From positions 160,001-224,000 of the forward strand of contig CAVXJS010000009.1 of NCBI GenBank assembly GCA_963762145.1: a stretch of DNA of 64,000 bases. The letters run 5' to 3'. Made by a program: the position numbers and the translations under genes. The DNA comes from an uncultured Candidatus Rokubacteria bacterium (GTDB lineage Bacteria; Methylomirabilota; Methylomirabilia; Rokubacteriales; CSP1-6). Below, piece by piece: positions 45,524-55,537 of the stretch. Position 1 is the stretch's first letter, and each line of letters opens with the position of its first letter. The notes beneath the pieces were generated by a model. It did no database searches and was not told where the DNA came from. It worked only from the letters and a program-made list of their open reading frames with translations.

Positions 45524-46327
45524 CTAGGGCATCACCGCGCGGGTGGCGGCCAGCGCCTCGCGGGCCACGTCCTCGGCGGGGCGCTTCCACGCGGCGGGGT
45601 TCGGCGCCTCGTAGCTCGCGTAGCCGGCGTAGCCCCGGCGGGCGAACGCGGCGAAGAATTCCTTGAACGGCACGCTGCCCTGCCCCGGCGGCAGGCGATC
45701 GAGCGCCTTGCCCGGCTCGAGCCCGGTGCGCGGCACGTCGCTGTACTGCACGTAGGCGATCTCCTCGGGCCGCACGTCCTCGATGTCGCGCGGCGAGGCG
45801 CCGGTGCGGCCGAGGTGGTAGGTGTCGAGCAGGAGGCCGGTCTGGGGATGCGCGGCCCGCGCCATCACCTCCCGCATCGGTCCTAGCGCGTTGAGCTGCT
45901 CGCACTGGGAGTTGAACTCGACGGCCAGCCGCACGCCGTGCTCGCGCGCGATGTCGCCGACTTCCCGGATGCTGCGGGCGGCTTCTCCCACGTCCCCGCG
46001 GCCGCGATCCACCGGGCTCATGATGGTGGTGCAGCCGAGCGCCTTCGCGCGCGCGGCCTGCTCGGCGAACACGCGCAGCAGCCGGGCCCGCTCCTCCCCG
46101 GTGGCCCAGACCCAGCCGAGCTCCACACCCACGCAGGCGACGGGCAGACCCGAAGCCCTCACCAGCGCCAGCACCTGCTCGGCCGACTGGCCGGCCTGGG
46201 CGGCGCGCTCGAAGTCGAGGCGGCGCAGCTCGACGGCGTCCCAGCCCGTCTTCTTGATGACGGCGAGCGCGTCCGCGAGCGGAGTCGTATCCAGCGTCCA
46301 CGTGTGCAAGGACAAGCGCATGGTCAT
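45524..46327 (-). CDS. Sugar phosphate isomerase/epimerase (xylose-isomerase-like TIM barrel)
   Basis: GWDAVEL, LAVEF, LLLDTYH, QYSD, DRLPPGQG, SYE. Confidence 0.8.
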   Translation of the reverse strand: MTMRLSLHTWTLDTTPLADALAVIKKTGWDAVELRRLDFERAAQAGQSAEQVLALVRASGLPVACVGVELGWVWATGEERARLLRVFAEQAARAKALGCTTIMSPVDRGRGDVGEAARSIREVGDIAREHGVRLAVEFNSQCEQLNALGPMREVMARAAHPQTGLLLDTYHLGRTGASPRDIEDVRPEEIAYVQYSDVPRTGLEPGKALDRLPPGQGSVPFKEFFAAFARRGYAGYASYEAPNPAAWKRPAEDVAREALAATRAVMP

Positions 46328-47337
46328 GTCGGGCTCCCTGGTAGGTCGAACGCCTCGGCGAGTAGCTCGTAGGAGCGCATTCGCGCCTTGAAGTCGTGCG
46401 TGATCGTGACGACGATCAGCTCGTCGGCCTGGTAGTCGGCGACCATCTGGAGCAGCCGCTCGTGCACCTGCTCGGGCGTGCCCACCACGCTGCGCCGCGC
46501 CGCGTGCTGGGCGATGGCCACCTCCTGCGCATTGTAGGGGTAGCTCTCTGCCTCCTCCACCGACGGATACGGGGCGGGACGGCCGGTGTACAGCCGCACG
46601 ATGAAGAGGTCGCGGCTCCGCGCCAGCCGCCGCGCCTGGGCCTCCGTCTCCGCGCAGACCGCGAAGACGGCCACGCTGCTGCGCGGCGCGGCCAGGTCCG
46701 GCGAGGCGCAGAACCGATCGCGGTAGGCGCGCGTGGCCTCCGCGCCGCCCTGCTCGTTGATGAAGTGGGCGAAGCAGAAGGACTGGCCGAGCTGGGCGGC
46801 CAGGAGCGCGCTCTCGTCGCTCGAGCCCAGCAGCCACACCTCGGGCACGCTCGGCCCGGCGGGCATGGCGTGCACGCCGCGCCACGGATGCTCGGCGGGC
46901 AGATCGTCGTGGAGGAAGGCGACCAGATCCTGGATCTGCCGCGGGTAGTGCTCGATCCCGAGGGCGCCCGGCCCGTGACGCAGGATCCGGGCCGTCCGCT
47001 GATCGCTGCCCGGCGCGCGCCCGATCCCGAGATCGATGCGGCCGGGATGGAGCGTCTCCAGCATCCGGAACTGCTCGGCCACCTTGAGCGCGCTGTAGTG
47101 CGGCAGCATGACGCCGCCCGAGCCGACCCGGATGCGGCTGGTGACCGCGGCCACCTGGGCGATCAGCACCTCGGGGCTCGCGCCGGCCAGGCCGGGGGTC
47201 GAGTGGTGCTCGGCCAGCCAGTAGCGGTGGAAGCCCCAGCCGTCGGCCGCGCGCGCCAGCTCGATCGTCTCGTGCACCGCGTCGGCGGGCGTGCCTCCGC
47301 TCCGCACCGGCGACTGGTCGAGGACGCCGACCAGCAT
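46324..47337 (-). CDS. LLM flavin monooxygenase (YhbW-like)
   Basis: VLDQSP, YWLAEHH, IRVGSGGVMLPHY, GRIDLGIGRAPG, WLLGSS, SYELLAEAF. Confidence 0.92.
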   Translation of the reverse strand: MLVGVLDQSPVRSGGTPADAVHETIELARAADGWGFHRYWLAEHHSTPGLAGASPEVLIAQVAAVTSRIRVGSGGVMLPHYSALKVAEQFRMLETLHPGRIDLGIGRAPGSDQRTARILRHGPGALGIEHYPRQIQDLVAFLHDDLPAEHPWRGVHAMPAGPSVPEVWLLGSSDESALLAAQLGQSFCFAHFINEQGGAEATRAYRDRFCASPDLAAPRSSVAVFAVCAETEAQARRLARSRDLFIVRLYTGRPAPYPSVEEAESYPYNAQEVAIAQHAARRSVVGTPEQVHERLLQMVADYQADELIVVTITHDFKARMRSYELLAEAFDLPGSPT

Positions 47338-47340
47338 GAA

Positions 47341-48922
47341 CTAGTTGATCCGTTTCGTGCGGCCCTGCCACTCCCGGTCGCGCAGCACGAACTTCTGGAT
47401 CTTGCCCGTCGAGGTCTTGGGCAGCTCGCCGAACTCCACCGCGGCCGGCGCCTTGAAGCCCGCGATGTGCTGCTTGCAGAACTCGATGATCTCGGGCTCG
47501 GTCGCGCGCTGGCCCGGCTTGAGCGTGACGAAGGCCTTGGGCCGCTCGCCCCACTTCTCATCCGGGATGGCCACCACCGCGCACTCCATCACCGCCGGGT
47601 GCCGGGCCACGCACTGCTCGACCTCGATCGTCGAGATGTTCTCGCCGCCCGAGATGATGATGTCCTTCTTGCGGTCGCGCAGCTCCACGTAGCCGTCGGG
47701 ATGCCACACCCCGATGTCGCCCGAGTGGAACCACCCGCCCCGGAAGGCCTCGGCGGTGGCGTCGGGCTGCTCGTAGTAGCCCTTGGCCACGTTGTTGCCG
47801 ACCATGATCACCTCGCCCAGCGTCTCCCCGTCGCGCGGCACGTCGTTCATCTCGCCGTCCACCACGCGCACGAGATCGAAGAGCGCGTAGCCCTGGCCCT
47901 GGCGGGCGGCCAGCCGCGCCTGCTCGTCGGCGGGCAGCGCGTCCCAGTCCGCGTTCCAGCCGCAGACGGTGTGCGGCCCGTAGGTCTCGGTGAGGCCGTA
48001 GACGTGCACCGGCTTGAAGCCGAGCTCCTTGAGCTTGCCGAGGAGAGTCGGCGAGGGCGGCGCGCCGGCCACCGTCACCGTCACCGGCCGCGTCAGCTTG
48101 TGGGCCTTCGGGTCGTTGACCACGCCGATCTGCACGGTGGGCGCGCCGTTGTAGTGGGTGATGCCCTCCGCGTCGATGAGCTCCCAGATGCGCGCGGGCT
48201 CGACCTTCCGGAGGCACACGTGGGTGCCCGCGACCGAGGTGACCGCCCAGGTGAAGCACCAGCCGTTGCAGTGGAACATCGGCAGCGTCCAGAGGTACTT
48301 CGTGTCGAAGGTCATGCCGGTCTCGACGACCTCGCCGACCGCGTTCACCCACGCCCCGCGGTGCGAGTACATGACGCCCTTGGGCCGCCCGGTGGTCCCC
48401 GAGGTGTAGTTGATCGAGATCGTCTCCTCCTCGTCCTCGAGCCAGCTCTCGACCGGCTCGGGCGAGCCCCCGGCCAGGAAGTCCTCGTAGGGATCGCCGG
48501 CCGCGCCGGTGTCGTCGATGCGCACCACGCGCAGGCCGCTTGAGCTCGAGCGGCTTGATCAGGTGCTCGAGCTCCGCGTCCACGAAGAGGAAGCTCGAGC
48601 CGGAGTGCTGGAGGATGTAGCCGATCTCGTCGGAGGAGAGCCGCGTGTTGATCGCCACCAGGACGCCGCCCGCCGCGGGCACGCCGTAGTGCGCTTCGAG
48701 CATCGGCGGGATGTTCGGGCAGAGGAAGGCCACCCGATCGTGCTTCCGCATGCCGGCCGCCCGCAGCGCGGAGGCGAGGCGGTTCACCCGCTCCCCGAGC
48801 TGCCGGTAGGTGTAGCGCCGCTTGCCGTGCACCACCGCGGTCTTGTCCGGGAAGACGTAGGCGCTGCGGACGAGGAAGCTCACGGGCGTGAGCTCGGTGC
48901 GGTAGACCCGGTGGTGCTTCAT
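47341..48922 (-). CDS. Acyl-CoA synthetase (medium-chain/AAE-like), frameshift near 48535
   Basis: LTPVSFL, NYTSGTTGRPKG, LPMFHCNGW, YGLTETYG, GWFHSGD, SGGENIS, PKTSTGKIQK. Confidence 0.92.
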
Positions 48923-49016
48923 CGCGTTGCGGCCTCCGGTGGCGTGGGGGTGATCGTGCCCCCGCAGTGTACCCAAGCGCTTCCGGAATGGCGAGGGGCT
49001 GCTACAATGCCCCGCC

Positions 49017-50561
49017 ATGGCCTGGGACGAGCGGATGAAGGACTTTCACGCCCGGCGCGCGAAGGCGCGCGCCATGGGTGGGCCCGAGCGGCTCGCGCGC
49101 CGTCGGGACGCGGGCACGCTGAACGCGCGCGAGCGCGTGGAGCGGCTCCTCGACGCGGGCTCCTTCCTGGAAGTCGGCACGTTCAACACCTCCGACGTGC
49201 CGGGGATGGAAGCCGAGACGCCGGCCGACTCCAAGGTGAGCGGTCTCGGCCACATCGACGGCCGCCCGGTGGTGGTCTGCTCGAACGACTTCACGGTGCT
49301 GGCCGCCACGTCGTCCCGTGTGGCCTCCCACAAGGAGGCGGAGCTCAAGCGCCTCGCCGCGCGCCGGGGCATGCCGATCGTCTATCTGGCCGAGGCGGGC
49401 GGGGCGCGCATGCCCGACATCATGGGCTCCGCGGGCATCGCCTCCTTCGGCAACTCCACCTACTACGGCACGCGCCGGCGCCGCGTGCCCATGGTGACCG
49501 CGGTGCTCGGGCAGGCCTACGGTCTGCCCACGTGGAACGCCTGCCTCTCCGACTTCGTGGTGATGCTCGAGGGCGCCTCGATGGCGGTCTCGGGCCCGCG
49601 CGTGCTCGAGCTGGCCACCGGCGAGAAGATCTCGGCCGAGGAGCTGGGCGGCGCCAAGGCGCACGCGGAGGAGACCGGCTTCGCCGACGTCGTCGGCAAG
49701 ACCGAGGACGAGTGCTTCGCCCTCGTGAAGCGCTTTCTCTCCTACCTGCCCTCGCACAACCGGCAGGCGCCGCCGGTGGCCGAGGTGCCCGCGGGCTCGG
49801 GCGCGGAGATGGGCACGATCGCGGATCTGGTGCCGGAGGCGCGCAACCGCGCCTACGACATGACGCGGGTGCTGCGGCGGCTGGCCGACGGCGGCGAGAT
49901 CTTCCCGGTCAAGGAGCGCTTCGGCCGCAGCCTGATCACCGCGCTCGGCCGCCTGGGCGGCCACGTGGTGGGCTTCGTGGCCAACCAGCCCATCCAGAAG
50001 GGCGGCGCCTGCGACGCCGACGGCTGCGACAAGGCGGTCTCGTTCCTCGCCCTCTGCGACTCGTTCAACATCCCGCTCGTCTTCCTCCACGACATCCCCG
50101 GCTTCTTCATCGGGCGCGACGCCGAGCGCAAGCGCGTGGCGGGCAAGATCATCACCTGGATGGAGGCGCTCGGCATGGTCACGGTGCCGCGCGTGTCCAT
50201 CATCGTGCGCAAGACGTACGGCCAGGCCTACTTCAACATGGGCGGCGGCGGCTACGCGGACCTGATGGTCGCGTGGCCCACCGCGGAGATGTCGTTCATG
50301 GACCCGGCCACCGGCGTCAACGTGGTCCACGGCGCGGAGCTGGCCAGGCTGCCCGCGGAGGAGCGCGCAGCGCGGCGGCAGGCGCTGCTCGCGCAGTGGG
50401 AGCTCGACACGCTGCCCTACGGCGCCGCCGCCCGGCACCTCATCGACGAGGTGATCGACCCCGCCGACACGCGGGACGTCGTCATCCGCTTCCTCGCCCA
50501 GGCGCGCACGCGCTCCGCCATCGGCCGGCATCGCCTGGCCGGCTGGCCGACCAAGTTCTAG
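49017..50561 (+). CDS. Acyl-CoA carboxylase carboxyltransferase subunit (PccB-like)
   Basis: ARERVERLLD, GGARM, EELGGA, VANQP, CDSFNIPL, RKTYG, IDEVIDP. Confidence 0.9.
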   Translation: MAWDERMKDFHARRAKARAMGGPERLARRRDAGTLNARERVERLLDAGSFLEVGTFNTSDVPGMEAETPADSKVSGLGHIDGRPVVVCSNDFTVLAATSSRVASHKEAELKRLAARRGMPIVYLAEAGGARMPDIMGSAGIASFGNSTYYGTRRRRVPMVTAVLGQAYGLPTWNACLSDFVVMLEGASMAVSGPRVLELATGEKISAEELGGAKAHAEETGFADVVGKTEDECFALVKRFLSYLPSHNRQAPPVAEVPAGSGAEMGTIADLVPEARNRAYDMTRVLRRLADGGEIFPVKERFGRSLITALGRLGGHVVGFVANQPIQKGGACDADGCDKAVSFLALCDSFNIPLVFLHDIPGFFIGRDAERKRVAGKIITWMEALGMVTVPRVSIIVRKTYGQAYFNMGGGGYADLMVAWPTAEMSFMDPATGVNVVHGAELARLPAEERAARRQALLAQWELDTLPYGAAARHLIDEVIDPADTRDVVIRFLAQARTRSAIGRHRLAGWPTKF

Positions 50562-50572
50562 GCGCCCGCTCG

Positions 50573-51295
50573 TTGTCGCTCACGTGGCTGGTCGGCGCGG
50601 TCGTCATCGCGGCCGCCTGCTTCGTGCAGGGCCTGGCCGGCTTCGGCATCGGCCTCGTCTCGCTCGCCTTCCTGCCCTTCCTGATGTCGCCGCAGCACGC
50701 CATCGTCCTGATCACGCTCTACGCGGCGGTCTTCATCGCGGTCATCTTCATCCCGCTGCGCCGAGACTTCACGCTGCACGGCATGATCGAGCTGGTGGTC
50801 GGCACCATCGTCGCGACACCCGCCGGCATCTGGCTCCTGGCCGAGCTGCCGTCCGACCTGCTGAAGCGCCTGATCGGTCTGGTGCTGCTGCTGATCGTGG
50901 CGCTCGAGTGGCTCGGCCTCTATCCGCAGCGGCTCCGCGGCCGCGGCTGGGGATTCGGCGCGGGCCTCGCCGCGGGCCTGCTGGGCGGGGCGATCGGCAC
51001 GCCCGGTCCGCCGGTGATCCTCTACGCAGCGGCTCAGGACTGGAGCCCGCGCACCGTGAAGGCCAACATCCAGGCCTTCCTGATCGTCAACCAGGCCGTG
51101 ATCTTGATCGGCTACTGGTGGGCGGGCCTGCTCGACCGTGAGATCTGGCGTCTCACCTGGCTCTTCGCGGTCCCGGCGGTGGTCGGGCTCGTCGCGGGGA
51201 TGCTGCTGTTCAACCGGCTCGACCGCGAGCGGTTCCGTCGGGTGGTCTTTGCGGTGCTTCTCCTCTCGGGCCTGGTCCTGTTGATCCGCGGGTAG
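50573..51295 (+). CDS. TauE/SafE (sulfite exporter-like) membrane protein
   Basis: VQGLAGFG, GLLGGAIGTPGPP, about 8 TM; TTG start uncertain. Confidence 0.82.
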   Translation: MSLTWLVGAVVIAAACFVQGLAGFGIGLVSLAFLPFLMSPQHAIVLITLYAAVFIAVIFIPLRRDFTLHGMIELVVGTIVATPAGIWLLAELPSDLLKRLIGLVLLLIVALEWLGLYPQRLRGRGWGFGAGLAAGLLGGAIGTPGPPVILYAAAQDWSPRTVKANIQAFLIVNQAVILIGYWWAGLLDREIWRLTWLFAVPAVVGLVAGMLLFNRLDRERFRRVVFAVLLLSGLVLLIRG

Positions 51296-51380
51296 GAATT
51301 ACCGGCCGCCATCGTTGCGACTCGAGCAAATCGTGCACTGTTTGCATGCGAACCAGAAAACTCTACGCGCGACTACGTAG

Positions 51381-52019
51381 TCAGCGCGCGTGGGCGAGGA
51401 TGTACGCCCGGCGGCTGGCGTGCTCGATCTCCGCGTAGGGCTCCCGCTCGATGCGCTCCAGCACGACAAGGCCCACCTCGACGAGCGACGCGACCATGAC
51501 CTCCGGCATCAAGAACCGAAAGTCGAGCGATACGGGATGGCCCCAGAGCTCGTCGCGATGCACGGTCTCCTCGCCGACGTGAAACGCGACGAGCAGGAGC
51601 CCGCCCGGCGCCAGCACGCGCCGCAGCTCGCGCAGGGTGGGCAGCATCTCGCGCTCGTCGATGTGGATCAGCGAGTAGAACGCGACGATCCCGGCGAGCG
51701 CGCCGTCGGGCAGCTCGAGGGCCCGCATGTCGCCGACGCGGAACTCGATCTCCGGCGAGCGCGTTCGCGCCCACTCGATCATCCGGGGCGCGAGATCGAT
51801 GCCGAGCATCCGGACGCCCTGCTCGTGGAGATAGCGCGCCACGTGGCCAGGCCCGCAGCCGACATCGGCGACGAGCCCGCGGCCGCGCACGTCTTCCGCG
51901 AACCGGTTCAGCAGGTGCCGGTCGAGCGGCTTGCCGGCCAGCTCCTCGAAGATTCGCTCGGCGTACGTCGCGGCCAGCTCGTCGTAGCTCTCCCGGGTGC
52001 GGGACGCATCCTCGCTCAT
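51381..52019 (-). CDS. Class I SAM-dependent methyltransferase
   Basis: ADVGCGPG, GIDLAPRM, GDMRAL, YSLIH, LAPGG. Confidence 0.9.
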   Translation of the reverse strand: MSEDASRTRESYDELAATYAERIFEELAGKPLDRHLLNRFAEDVRGRGLVADVGCGPGHVARYLHEQGVRMLGIDLAPRMIEWARTRSPEIEFRVGDMRALELPDGALAGIVAFYSLIHIDEREMLPTLRELRRVLAPGGLLLVAFHVGEETVHRDELWGHPVSLDFRFLMPEVMVASLVEVGLVVLERIEREPYAEIEHASRRAYILAHAR

Positions 52020-52140
52020 TGCGCGGCGGCCATGTCCATGAAGTGGTGCAGGCGCTCGGTGCGCATGCGGGCGCGTCGGCTAGTCCGCGCTTCGGCGGCG
52101 ATGAACTGCGTGCCCAGGAGCAGCGCGCGGCCCCGGTCGC

Positions 52141-52481
52141 CTAGTCCGGGGCCGCCCACGTGTCGGGCCCGTCCGCGCTGCACCGAAGGGCGAGCACTTG
52201 CCGGTCGGCTCGTGGACGACGGCCCGGATCCGGCCGGCCGCGGTCGAGGGCGTCCTGAACTCGAGCCAGACCGCGCCCTCCACCGTCTCCGAGATCCACC
52301 GGGCAAAGGGCTGTCCCAGCACGGCCTCGATCTCCGGGAGGCTGGACCCCGGCGGGATGGCCCGGCACCGGGTGAGCTTGTCGTCGCCCGGGAGATGCTG
52401 CCGCACGTACTCCCCCACCGCGGTGATCATCGCCAGGGCGATCAGCAAGGCCGCGCCGACGATCAGCGCGGGTCTGTTCAC
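52141..52481 (-). CDS. Hypothetical membrane-anchored protein, frameshift near 52200
   Basis: N-terminal TM, then GSSLPEIEAVLGQP; GTGA overlap with upstream gene; tail in ORF 52141..52368. Confidence 0.5.
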
Positions 52482-52900
52482 GCCGCGAGAGCGCGGCCGC
52501 GCCAGGCCAGCACGCGACGCCCCGCGTGGGTCAGCAACACGTAGCCATAGCCGAACAGCAAGACCAGGATGGAATAGAAGATGAGCACACCGACCCACGG
52601 CTCCGTGCTCGCCGTCCACCATCGAACCAGGAGGAGATAGGCCAGGAACGGGGGAAGGAAGAGGACGGGCGTGATCCAGGAGACCTGCCGGTACCGCGGC
52701 ACGGGCTGCCCCGCCAGCCACCAGAAGAGTGCGGTCGCGAACGGGATGTACGCCGGCCAGGCGATCCCCGACACGTAGAGCAGGATCGTGACCCGATCGA
52801 TCAGGCCGATCGTCGGGTCGTCGCGATAGAAGAGGTGGGCGATGAAGGGAATCACGACCGGCAGGGTCGCGGCCAGACGGTAGTAGGTGACTTCCCTCAT
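52478..52900 (-). CDS. Hypothetical 4-TM membrane protein
   Basis: MREVTYYRLAA.. four hydrophobic segments. Confidence 0.65.
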   Translation of the reverse strand: MREVTYYRLAATLPVVIPFIAHLFYRDDPTIGLIDRVTILLYVSGIAWPAYIPFATALFWWLAGQPVPRYRQVSWITPVLFLPPFLAYLLLVRWWTASTEPWVGVLIFYSILVLLFGYGYVLLTHAGRRVLAWRGRALAA

Positions 52901-52949
52901 CCCATCTCGATGGTATCCTCCGCCCGTTCGGCCACCGGCAACAAATCCG

Positions 52950-53495
52950 TCAGGTCCGCTTCCACAGCCCCTGGGACGGGATGCGCAGCGCGCGGTTGAA
53001 CTTGCTGGACGCATTCTCCCAGGCAATGATCGCGGTCAGCTCCACCAGTGCCTCGTCGTCGTAGAAGCGCCGAAGGCGCGCGAAGAAGGCGTCGTCGACG
53101 TCACGCCCGCTGATGGTCATGCGGTCCGCGTATTCCAGGGCCACCCGCTCCGCCTCGTCGTACAGCGGGCTGGTGGCATAGTCGGCCAAGGCGAGGATCT
53201 TGGCCTCGGACAGGCCCAGCTTGCTGCCGACGGCAGCGTTGATGTCCTGTCAGAACTCGCAGCCGTTCAGCGCCGCGACCCGGCGGTTGAGCAGGGCCCC
53301 CAGCTTGCCGTCGATCAGGCCCGAGCCGTCGATCCCGGTCCACATCCCCCGGGCCCCGCGGAAGATCGACGGCCGCCGGGCGTAGACCAGGTGGTTGAGC
53401 AGCGGCGCTCCCCACGTCTTGGCCTGAGCCGCCAGGATCCTGGCGATGTAGTCGTCCGACACTTGCCCGGGATCGACCCCTTCAACGCGTGCCAT
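52950..53495 (-). CDS. AhpD/carboxymuconolactone-decarboxylase family protein, probable selenoprotein (CxxU)
   Basis: ORFs 53250..53498 and 52950..53189 are in frame, separated only by TGA in RVAALNGCEF*QDIN; downstream ERVALEYAD..T..VDD..F..L..ELT..IAWEN..KFN. Confidence 0.85.
53223..53249 (-). other. Candidate bacterial SECIS element
   Basis: UGA-CAGGACAUCAAC-GCUGCC-GUC-GGCAGC: 6-bp stem with a GU-containing loop 12 nt after the UGA. Confidence 0.7.
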
Positions 53496-53535
53496 CACTC
53501 TGTTGACCTCCGCTTGCGAGTTCGAATCGGAACGG

Positions 53536-54060
53536 CTATGACGGCGGGAAAAACAAGGGAACGAACCAGACGGCTCCTCCGCACGCGGTCACGGCGACCT
53601 CCATCACGGTGGCCGCGAGAAGCGCGAGCCGCGGGGAGCGGTGCGGCGAGAAGATCGCGCACACCAGAAAGGTGAGCGCGAGGACTGGCGCGACGAGGAT
53701 CCTGAGCACGGCGAACGCGGCCCACGTCGCCAGGGGCGACGGCGCCGCGTGCCGACCGACGGCGAAGAGGATCACAGCCGCGATGCCCGTGACCGCCACC
53801 ACGACACCCAATGCCGAGAGCCCGGTCCAGAAGGGGCGGTAGGGTCTCAGGAAGAAGAGCGCGGCGGCCGTGGGCACGAGCGCGGCCACCCCGAAGACGG
53901 CAACGAAGAGCACCGCGTCCCCGAACGCGTACATGCCGCTCGACGCCTGCGCGTCGGGGCCGCTCGTGCTCGCCACGCGGATGGCAACGACGGCGGAGGC
54001 GATGAGGAAGGCCGCCGCGTACCCGCCGGCGACCAGAGCGACCTTGAGAAGCGGTCTCAC
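53536..54060 (-). CDS. Hypothetical multi-TM membrane protein
   Basis: 174 aa hydrophobic ORF with ASSGMYAFGD segment; SD GGAG. Confidence 0.65.
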   Translation of the reverse strand: MRPLLKVALVAGGYAAAFLIASAVVAIRVASTSGPDAQASSGMYAFGDAVLFVAVFGVAALVPTAAALFFLRPYRPFWTGLSALGVVVAVTGIAAVILFAVGRHAAPSPLATWAAFAVLRILVAPVLALTFLVCAIFSPHRSPRLALLAATVMEVAVTACGGAVWFVPLFFPPS

Positions 54061-54096
54061 CGCGTCGCTCTCTCCTCCGGGTCACACCCGCCGTGG

Positions 54097-54591
54097 TCAG
54101 GCACGCTCATGACGGACGACGTTGAATCTCTCATCTTCGGAGGGAGGCTCGAAGTACGCCGTGATGGCTTCGAACTCCGCATCCGTGGTCCACGGACTGC
54201 GCGGAGGCAGGTCCTTGCTTCGATCCTTGAGCTGACGCTTGCACAGGGCGTCGGGAGCGTCGACAAAGTGTAGTTCGTGCTCGACATTCGCCCGCTCGAA
54301 CATTCCACGGAACCACGCGCGCTGCGACCTTGTATTGCCCGGAAAGTCGAGCACGACGGGCACGCCCTTCGCCAGCAGGGCGCACACGTGTGGCTCGAGC
54401 GCATTCTTCAATCGGGAAGAGCACCGGACGAATCCCGGTATATCCGTGATCTCGTCCGGATACAGGCTGTCCAGGAGCTGGTCCTGCACGAGGAGAATGG
54501 CATCCCCTCGCTCGGCCAGCTCTCTCGCGAGAGTGGATTTCCCCGACGCCATCTTGCCGCACAGGAACATCAGCTTCGCGGCGGCCCTCAT
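54097..54591 (-). CDS. Small P-loop kinase (AAA_33-like)
   Basis: LCGKMASGKST, VVLDFPGNT..QR, FEPP..DE. Confidence 0.82.
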   Translation of the reverse strand: MRAAAKLMFLCGKMASGKSTLARELAERGDAILLVQDQLLDSLYPDEITDIPGFVRCSSRLKNALEPHVCALLAKGVPVVLDFPGNTRSQRAWFRGMFERANVEHELHFVDAPDALCKRQLKDRSKDLPPRSPWTTDAEFEAITAYFEPPSEDERFNVVRHERA

Positions 54592-54597
54592 GGCGCG

Positions 54598-55062
54598 CTA
54601 CGGCCGGCCGAACTCGACCTCACGGATCTTGGCGGCTCCATTCTCCGACGAGACGACCACGATGACGGCCTCGCTGTACAGGTCGCCTCCGATGCTTACA
54701 TAGGCCCAGCCAACATCGGAGGGCTGCTTCCCCGGCCAGCTCGTCATGGTCTCGCCTACCTCGATCGGTCCAATGGGGCCCCAGTTCATCGGGACGATGG
54801 CTTCGAATGCGCTCTGAAGCTCATCGATCGTGCTGTTCTGGCGGTATCCCTGAGACATCATGGCATAGGCCTTCGGATACTCACGCGCGCCCAGCAACGT
54901 GGCGAACTCCAGCGCAATCTGTCGGTAGTCGGCGGTGCTCCCGGACGGCGTCGTCGCCGGCTCCTCCCGGGAACAGCCGACCATGACCGTGGCCGCCACC
55001 ATGAGGGCGACCGAGAAGGACACGAGAGTGGAAGCCGGCCGGCCGCTAGATGACACTGCCAT
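54598..55062 (-). CDS. Hypothetical exported/lipoprotein
   Basis: Hydrophobic leader ending VMVGC; start uncertain. Confidence 0.55.
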   Translation of the reverse strand: MAVSSSGRPASTLVSFSVALMVAATVMVGCSREEPATTPSGSTADYRQIALEFATLLGAREYPKAYAMMSQGYRQNSTIDELQSAFEAIVPMNWGPIGPIEVGETMTSWPGKQPSDVGWAYVSIGGDLYSEAVIVVVSSENGAAKIREVEFGRP

Positions 55063-55519
55063 TGAGCTCCGTCAGCGCCCATCCGTGGAACCGAGCACCC
55101 ACGGTGTGCTCCGTGTCCCACGCCGTCCGATAGGCGATCTCCACCGTCTCGATACCACCCAACCGCTCGATCAGCACGCGCACCGGCGAGACATGCCCCC
55201 ACACCTGGTCCGGGCGGCTGAGGCGCAGGATCTCTCCTGGGTCCGCCCCCTCTCCCGATTCGGCGTCCGAATACGGCTCATAGTGCTCGAACAGCGCGCC
55301 CTCGATGGCCGGACGAAGCGCCGCGTATCGCTGGCCGAGCTCGCGAGCGAGCCCGAGACGTGTCTCGTCCGGGGCGGCCCGAGGCCCCGCGAGGAGCAAC
55401 GGAACACCAGTCTCGGATCCGAGGCTGATCGCGCCCCGCCAGTAGCCTTTGCTGCGGACCAGGGTGCCGAGGACCGGATCCCGGTACTCGGACGGCTTCA
55501 AGAAATCTAGAATGCCCAT
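55046..55519 (-). CDS. Hypothetical protein (possible immunity-type)
   Basis: MGILDFLK start and C-terminal AWDTEHTVG motif; co-oriented in the gene train. Confidence 0.6.
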   Translation of the reverse strand: MGILDFLKPSEYRDPVLGTLVRSKGYWRGAISLGSETGVPLLLAGPRAAPDETRLGLARELGQRYAALRPAIEGALFEHYEPYSDAESGEGADPGEILRLSRPDQVWGHVSPVRVLIERLGGIETVEIAYRTAWDTEHTVGARFHGWALTELNGSVI

Positions 55520-55537
55520 GGACGCTCGCTGGAAGGG

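Noticed and set aside
51296-51380. AT-richer spacer with weak inverted repeat (GCAAA..TTTGC)
   Set aside because: Imperfect stem with no U-tract; no recognisable RNA or att site
52016-52140. LLGTQFIAAE fragment resembling nitronate monooxygenase
   Set aside because: Too short to distinguish from chance
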